Assembly: GCA_002269645.1 (NCBI GenBank)
Contig: NIVC01004557.1
Span: 1-42,095 of the forward strand
DNA from: Macrostomum lignano
Lineage: Eukaryota
Length of the DNA stretch: 42,095 bases
Direction: 5' to 3'
Made by a program: the position numbers and the translations under genes. Shown piece by piece: positions 34,604 to 42,095 of the stretch (positions are counted from its first letter, which is position 1; each line of letters starts with the position of its first letter). Under the pieces are notes generated by a model. The model was given only the letters and a program-made list of their open reading frames with translations. It had not been told where the DNA came from and ran no database searches.

Positions 34604-37600
34604 GTAAGAGCCGACTGTAATCAATTCTACAACAGCTACTCGACAACTATTGCTCTCCGAAATTAAAAACGAGGTCTGTAGACAAAAAATCTACGGATCC
34701 TATAAGTAGCTTTTTTATCCCCGATTCTCCGCACTATAAATCCGTTGCCACCGGTTCCTCAAACCTCACTCATTCACTCCTCACTCCTCAAGTTCCCAGC
34801 GCACTTGAGCGCCGACTACGCCAAACTTCTGCCAACTTTCACACGCCAATAAAGTTTACAAAAGAAAGGAGAGAAGAGACGCTCAAGCAAAAGCAACACT
34901 TCCCTTTCCTTATATATACGAACCATCGTCTTCAGACGGGAGAAAAGATTGCGATTAAGGTTTGCGGGTTCTTAAGTGGGCACTCAAAAGCCAAGACCCG
35001 AGCTCGGTTGCCGGGTGGGGGCTCTCAGGCTTTGTCTCTCTCTCCCTTCCAATATACTTGTTGACTGTATTGCATTGTTAAGAAATCGTCTGAAGTGCCG
35101 GGTTGCGACCCAGTTGCGATATAGATTTCAGTATAGCCAATTTTAATTCGCAACATGACATGATTGAGAGTGCCACAAGCAATTTAGAAAGGAATTATTC
35201 ATGACCTCCCAGATTTTGGCATTGATTTCGCAACCGGTATAAAAGCTACGAAATGTCAAACACTTTGAAAAAGGTCGAAAGGGCGAAAAACAAGAAAAGA
35301 CAAATTGACTTGTCCGAGTGGACGCACCAATATATGCTAATGGTGCGGGCGGGTCACAACGGCGCAGTCCTGGCTTGGTGCCCACGCAATCAGTGCCAAA
35401 AATGAACTGTTTTGGTACAGATGGACGGCCTATTGTATAACTAATGATGGATAGCCCATTTGCTAGCATATGCATGTCCAATAACTTCCTTTAATTCCAA
35501 ACACGCAATTTCGCAGGCCTGGGGTGGCAGCCACTATCCGAGCGCCTACCACAGGGACCAGCATCCCAGCCAGCAGCAACACTTGCAGCATCAGCAGCAG
35601 CAGCTGGCTTGCTATCCAGCCAGCCAGCAGGCGGTGGCCGCCACGCCGCAGTTTCCGCCCGCCAGCGCCATCATCGAGCTGCCCTTGGTGGCGGCATCGG
35701 TCAGCAGGTTGGCCTCGTCAACAATTCGTCTGGCGGCAGCGCCGGTGGCAGCGGCGGACTGACGCGCCCGGGGCGGAGGCGGCATGGATGATGGCAGCTG
35801 CGTCAAGCACCAGCAGCTCCATCATCATCTGCACCATCAGCAGCACCTGCTGCGCCATGGCGCCGGCTCCGGAGCCCCGGCTGGTAGCGGCGGCGTGGCC
35901 AAGCTGAAGAAGCCGAAGAAAAAGAAGAGGGACCCGCACGAGCCGCAGAAGCCGGTGTCCGCCTACGCCATGTTCTTCCGCGACACCCAGTCAAAGATCA
36001 AGGCCAAGAAGCCGGACGCCAGCTTCGGCGAGATCAGCAAACTGGTGGCTTCGATGTGGGACAATCTCGACCAGGAGGACAAGAATGTGAGTACACCAGC
36101 CTTGTTAGAGATCTGATGCTCTCATGTAGTCGGACTTGCGAAGGTCAGCGATTCCCAGCTCACAGGGTCATAAAAAACTTTATCAAGTCCGATGTCATTA
36201 AAGATTAAAAAGCCAGACAGAAAAGCCGCCGACACCAACCATCAAAATCAAGAAAACAAAAGACCCGAGGGGATATAAGATACTGGAGAACAAGAATTTG
36301 ATTGATGATCGAAGCCACGCGACCCATAGACAGGCTTAACAATAGCGAGTCACCCAGCGTCCACTAGCGCCTCATCGCTTCTCATTCCCATTTCTAGCTG
36401 AGCACACTTGCAATCAGATAAAGCTTTTTAATCGCAGTCCAAGAGGATCAAAACTTATTCATCAAGAGTTTTTTTCGTTAAATATTCCTCGGGAATTTGC
36501 ACGGTCCATAGGAGAGGAAAGGATTTTAAGAGAACAGGATTCCAAGTGGGGATTTCCGTCTAAGATAGTGTTCAGTTAGACTAAATGCCTAAATCTTTAT
36601 ATGTTGCAATTGGAGAACATTTAAATCCCTTCTCTCTTTCCACGGCTTGTCATCAGATCCCAGCCAGTTGATAAGAAAGCAGAGCCCGAACCCATTCAAA
36701 ATCATATTTTTTTGAACTGATTGGGAAAATGCTTGAAAGACACGGCTAGGTTGCAGTCGGCATTTGGGATCGCCGAAATCGTTTCTTGCAACACTACTAT
36801 TGCAATTATATAAATGAACAGGGAAGGTTTCAATTTGAATCGTTTGAACTGGCTACACTGTTACATAAATACTATAGTAGCAGGGATTAATAAAAATTCT
36901 CATTGCTTTAAAAGCCCTTGCAACGGTTCCACCTTAGAGACAAGCAATAAACACAATTATAAGAACATCTATAGACCAGCCAAAGCATTTTAATAGCTTA
37001 AAAGCAGAAAAGGCATACAAGCAAGTTAACAATTGCTTTAGAGAAGAAAATAAAACTTGTCGAGCAGAGCAGACAGGCGCGCGCATCAGAGATGGGAGCG
37101 GACAGATAAACTGCACCCGCTGTTAAGGCACACGTGTCCTCAGTCTGATTTCAAGCCCCCGAGACCGCTAATAAAACTCGAGAGGGCACGGAGCTTTGAG
37201 CTTTGAGCCGTTCAGCTCCAGAATCATCGCTGGAGTGATAGGGATCTCAGGCTAGTTTGCAGAAGCAGTCTGCGGCTCCAGGCATCCTGGGCGCCCGAGG
37301 GGGGGGAGATGACAGAGAGAGAGCGCGCCATAAAGTCGGTCGCTGTTTATTGCTGGAGGAGATTCCAGGCCAACTGCAACAACTAACGGCATTGTTCGAT
37401 ATCTATACTAAAGCAATCGAGTCTTCTAGAAGCTTACCTGTACACACAGGTATCTTCTCCCAGGGCTGCTTAGGTTTCAGGGGGAAATTCAGTCAGACGA
37501 GGCTCAATAGGCAAGCCTTCCTAATTATCCCATAGGGAGCAGTTTCGAAATCAAAGCTCAGTAGTGCAGTGCTCCCCCCCCCCAATTTGGCAATCAGTTT

Positions 37601-40600
37601 GCGCACGGTTCGCTGAACTCACCAGCAGGGAGCTCACTTAATTCCCAATGGAGTCATTATTTAATCTGAAGAGACACACGCGCGCGCACAACTCAAGACA
37701 AAGCTGACGCAAGAAAATTAGCAATATAAAATACGCTCGTACAGCTAGAGTGTAAAAAATTGATTAGAGGCTAAACACGTAGTAGTCAACATTGCCAAGT
37801 CAATCTGTCTCAAACAACAACAAATGCCAATTGCAGACAGGCAAGCGCGCACGCCAATTGCGCTCACTACACTGCCATAGCTGTGCCAGTCACAGGAATC
37901 GCTTGAAGAAGAACAGAAGGAGGAAAGACTAGAGGGAGAGAGAAAACTCTTCAGGCATTCAGCATCGCGCTATAGGGCCGTCCTGTCAATCTATCCTCAT
38001 CATTCATTTTTCTTTTCCTATTTCTCTAACAGCGCATTCTCCAATTGAGGCTAAACTTCAGCCACAATATCTCTAGGCCGCACTACCAGTGCAGGCTGGT
38101 GGGACAAATAGCCGGTGAGCAGCTAGAAAAGTTTGCTAGAGTTGTGCGCGACAAGTTGCCAGGCAAAACTGTTTGCTTGAGGCCGGACGGGGGGGAGGGA
38201 AAGTGGTCGGTTGAAGAGCACGCCAAAGTAAAGAAGGAGAGGGGAGGATTTCCCAACGCATCATAAAGCAGTGACAGACAAAAAAGTGGACGGCAGAGGC
38301 GACGGCGGGAGAAGCGACTGTTGAGCCGATGACAGACAGGCGAGCTTGACTTGACAAAAAGTCCCCCCCCCACCCAAGGTTGTCAATAATGCAAAACATT
38401 TTCATGGCTTGGGTTGCAGAATCCAAAAAATTCGATCCCAGCAAACTTTTTTTGTTGCGAAAAACTGTTGCTCAAGAGGCCGTTATTGCTGATGCAAGCG
38501 TGGCTAAATGCACCTCTTCTGATGAAAACACTGAGCTGATAAATTACTATGGCTAAAAATATTGGCCGTCTCGAATGTAAGCCAATAATTACAGTAGGAA
38601 ATTGAAAGCACAACTCAGAAGTGAATTTAGAATCGTCCACTCTGCCCCTCCAAACTCTTCATTGCTGCTGCTGCTGCGTTGGCTGAACAGCAACGCGGCG
38701 CACCAGCTGGGACGGGTCAGGGAGTGGCGAGAGAAAGTGTGAATAAATAATCAGCTTCCACCAGGTGGCAGGCGGCAGATTACAACAACCGAAGCCTGCA
38801 GGGAAGAGAAGACAGAGTGTGTGGGGGATGAGAGCGGGCTCGGCGTCTTCACCTTCAGTGCTCTGCTTCCCAAAGCGCGCTTTCAACGAAATCCCTCAGA
38901 AGCATTCCAAATCGCAAGCCACTCATCTCTCAGCTGCAACTATAACGCTATAACAAGCTATATAAAATTGGTTTACGAATTCTAGTTGAAGTATATATAT
39001 AAAACACACGATCCTGCGAGACAGGGACCAGCACTGAGCTGCGCTCCTGTTGTTGCTGCTGCCGCCCCAGCATTGCCCGCATCAAGGACAAAACAGACGC
39101 TGAATCTTAGCCTTCCATTTGACAAAAGCGACTTGAATTTTTGTGCCAGATGACCAGTCAGAATTGAATTGGCCGTGTTGTGCCAGCAAAGCTTTGCTGA
39201 AAATAAAAATATTATAATTGGTTGCGCTTCCCAATCCAATGACCCTTGACAAAGTTAACTCTGCTTTTTACGCACAGCGGGAGATTTTTCAGGCAATAAG
39301 ACTGGGCTCTGGGCCTTCAATTAGGGAGTCGGAGAATAATAAATAGACTTGCAAAGTCTTTCCAGTTTCTCTCTCACTCCTGCAGCCCTCAATTTCTTGT
39401 TTCAATAAATCAGCCACAATGAATGGACGCCACCCCCCCCCCCCAAGACAGTCAGACATTCAATTGAAGAGAACAATTGAATCCCAGATGCAGACTCCCA
39501 ATGCCCAATCCGCATATTCCCTCCAAACACTGGGACGACATCGTGGAGAATTCCCACAGACACCGAAAACGCGTCGCAGCATTGTGGCAAAAGCAGACAA
39601 CTTTTCTAAATTGTTTTTTTTCTCTCTTTCCTATTCAATCACTTCTCTCTCGATTACTCACGCACACTTCACGGATGCGGGCCGATTCACACGGCCACCT
39701 AAGTACCAAATTAGTCAATTCCAATATCCAAACTGAACACTATCGATATATGTATTTATTATGTACGCACACGCAGGACTACAAGAAGCGAACTGAGACG
39801 GCCAAGAAGGAGTACCTGAGGAAGCTGGCAGCCTACAAGGCCCGCATGGTGTCAATGGTAAGCGATACCGGATGCAAACTGCATCTTGAAATTAAATGCT
39901 TGAATTTGATTCTGAAACTTATATGCCTTGCAGGAAACTCCGCTCGGCTACGGAAATGCCACCACCTACATCGACCTGGGCTACTATCAACAACCGGGAT
40001 TCGCGCAGAGGCATTCGTATTACCAGCAGCAGCAGCAGCAGCCACAACATCAGCATCCTCAGCCTCACCAGCAAAGCCACATATCGCAACCACAGCAGCA
40101 GCCGCAGCATCCCGCCGTGATGGCCAATCAGCATCATTCCGCTTACAGCTATCACCATCAGCAGCATCATCAGCACCTCCAGCATCAGCAGGCCATGCAG
40201 CAGCATCAGCAGCAGATGCATCAGGCCATGATGTACTACCCTAATCGGTGGCCAGTCCGACTGATACTGGTGCAGGCATGATGGTGAGCAATGAGTTAAT
40301 GGGATAATAAATGGCATTCCACGGCCTATGGCCTTCTTATTCCATGTCTCCATGGGTTTGGTATTCCATGTCTCCATGGGTTTGGTATTCCATGTCTCCA
40401 TGGGTTTGGTATTCCATGTCTCCATGGCTTTGGTATTCCATGTCTCCATGGCTTTGGTATTCCATGTCTCCATGGCTTTGGTATTCCATGTCTCCATGGG
40501 TTTGGTATTCCATGTCTCCATGGCTTTGGTATTCCATGTCTCCATGGCTTTGGTATTCCATGTCTCCATGGCTTTGGTATTCCATGTCTCCATGGCTTTG

Positions 40601-41312
40601 GTATTCCATGTCTCCATGGGTTTGGTATTCCATGTCTCCATGGGTTTGGTATTCCATGTCTCCATGGGTTTGGTATTCCATGTCTCCATGGCTTTGGTAT
40701 TCCATGTCTCCATGGGTTTGGTATTCCATGTCTCCATGGGTTTTGATATTCCATGTCTCCATGGCTTTGGTATTTTATGTCTCCATGGTTTGATATTCCA
40801 TGTCTCCATGGCTTTGGTATTTTATGGCTCCATGGCTTTGGTATTCCTACTCTGAACCGATTACCCAATTCTTTAAATTCACAGGCTGGCGAAGACTTAA
40901 ATCAGCAGCAGCAACATCTTCAGCAACAGCAGGCTCGCAACCACTATCCGGCTGTCGCGGACACTGCGGCTACTCCGCCCAGCTTCAGCAGCACCACATG
41001 CAGCACCAACAGCATCCAATTCAAATGCATCACCAGCAGCAGCACATGCAGCAGCATCACGGATACGGCCAACAACAGCAACATCAGCAGCTAGACGCCT
41101 CCGGCTACCAGCAGGGACAACAAGCGGCCAGCATTCCTTCGCCAACTGCAAGCGCGGACACGCCGAGCGGCGACAGCAGCAGCAACTGCCAGGCTACTCC
41201 ACAGGCGGCCTCGTCGCCAGCCTCCACTATAATGCATCACCAGCAGCAGCAGCAGCAGCAAGGCTTGACAACGCCAACCGGAATTGGGGAACAACTTGGT
41301 GCCAGCCGTTGA
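34415..41312 (+). CDS. TOX: TOX-family HMG-box transcription factor with Gln/His-rich regions; 5 putative exons; several apparent 1-bp deletions
   Basis: join(34415-34603,35517-36086,39777-39857,39934-40283,40885-41312). HMG box [47 protein letters not shown]..|[26 protein letters not shown] matches the TOX signature. Exons outside the HMG box are less certain. Confidence 0.85.
35517..36086 (+). CDS. TOX: TOX exon with NLS and HMG-box helices 1-2
   Basis: Acceptor TCGCAG at 35516, donor AAT|GTGAGT at 36087. An in-frame TGA at 35760-35762 implies internal frameshifts. Confidence 0.85.
39777..39857 (+). CDS. TOX: TOX 81-nt exon (HMG helix 3)
   Basis: [27 protein letters not shown]; CAG acceptor, GTAAGC donor. 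Confidence 0.92.
39934..40283 (+). CDS. TOX: TOX Gln/His-rich exon
   Basis: ETPLGYG..poly-Q/H; donor ATG|GTGAGC at 40284; 350 nt (one short of 3n). Confidence 0.7.
40340..40848. repeat. 24-bp minisatellite (GGTATTCCATGTCTCCATGG[C/G]TTT) in a TOX intron
   Basis: About 20 copies, direct reading. Confidence 0.96.
40885..41312 (+). CDS. TOX: Putative TOX terminal Gln-rich exon
   Basis: Acceptor TTCACAG at 40884; Q-rich frame switches near 40948; 428 nt (one short of 3n); TGA at 41310-41312. Confidence 0.65.
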
Positions 41313-41391
41313 AGAAGGCCGACGACGCCTACCCGGCACCCGTCGGCGGCGAGGATGGGGAGGAGCGGCGCAACTTCGGTGAGGACTGAAG

Positions 41392-42095
41392 CGGATTCTC
41401 AGATACAATTTCTGGTATCGATTGGTTTAGGGCGATTCTCGGATTGGTTTAGAGCGATTCTCAGGTTGGTTTAGAGCGATTCTCAGATTGGTTTAGAGCG
41501 ATTCTCAGGATTGATTTAGAGCGATTCTCAGGATTGGTTTAGAGCGATTCTCAGGGTTGGTTAGAGCGATTCTCAGGGTTGGTTTAGAGCGATTCTCAGG
41601 ATTGGTTTAGAGCGATTCTCAGGATTGTTTTAGAGCGATTCTCAGGATTGGTTTAGAGCGATTCTCAGGATTGGTTTAGGGCGATTCTCGGGATTGGTTT
41701 AGAGCGATTCTCAGGGTTGGTTTAGAGCGATTCTCAGGATTGGTTTAGAGCGATTCTCAGGATTGATTTAGAGCGATTCTCAGGATTGGTTTAGAGCGAT
41801 TCTCAGGGTTGGTTTAGAGCGATTCTCAGGTTGGTTTAGAGCGATTCTCAGGGTTGGTTTTAGAGCGATTCTCAGGATTGTTTAGAGCGATTCTCAGGAT
41901 TGGTTTAGAGCGATTCTCAGGGTTGGTTTAGAGCGACTCTCAGGGTGGTTTAGAGCGACTCTCAGGGTTGGTTTAGAGGCGACTCTCAGGATTGGTTTAG
42001 AGCGATTCTCAGGTTGGTTTAGAGCGATTCTCAGGGTTGGTTTAGAGCGATTCTCAAGGATTGGTTTAGAGCAATTCTCAGGGTTGATTTAGAGC
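41392..42095. repeat. ~23-bp tandem repeat (GCGATTCTCAGGATTGGTTTAGA) running off the window
   Basis: Direct reading. Confidence 0.96.

Noticed and set aside
36900-39600. Nested ORFs in the large TOX intron
   Set aside because: Short, no domain similarity and no consistent splice structure.
40311-40868. Repeat ORFs ([16 protein letters not shown] and similar)
   Set aside because: They come from a 24-bp intronic minisatellite of the TOX gene.

Overview
Eukaryotic (animal) genomic DNA: GC-rich spliced exons, GT-AG introns and very dense micro- and minisatellites. The style resembles a free-living flatworm such as Macrostomum (inference only). Four host genes can be reconstructed by hand: (1) ERI3-like DEDDh 3'-5' exonuclease (+, ~618-2407); (2) a compact lipin/LPIN phosphatidate phosphatase (-, 3337-5730); (3) the C-terminal ~1370 aa of the checkpoint kinase ATR (-, 7558-19851, 10 exons), whose 5' half is absent from the window; (4) a TOX-family HMG-box factor (+, 34415-41312). 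A complete, very young Ty3/gypsy (Mag-like) LTR retrotransposon (9150-13617) sits antisense in the intron that splits the ATR kinase domain. It has 218-bp LTRs identical at 217/218 positions, a GGAGA target-site duplication, a tRNA-Ser-type PBS and an intact 1304-aa gag-pol ORF. Also present: a hAT-type MITE, a truncated CORE-type SINE and about 20 tandem arrays. All four host genes carry apparent 1-bp deletions in short homopolymers, most likely long-read consensus errors. I found no CRISPR array, rRNA or tRNA gene, and no clear novel multi-gene system. The best leads are a 1.24-kb CpG-free domain inside ERI3, the missing ATR 5' half, the intronic LTR element with a two-way poly(A) hairpin, and intron-private tandem repeats.
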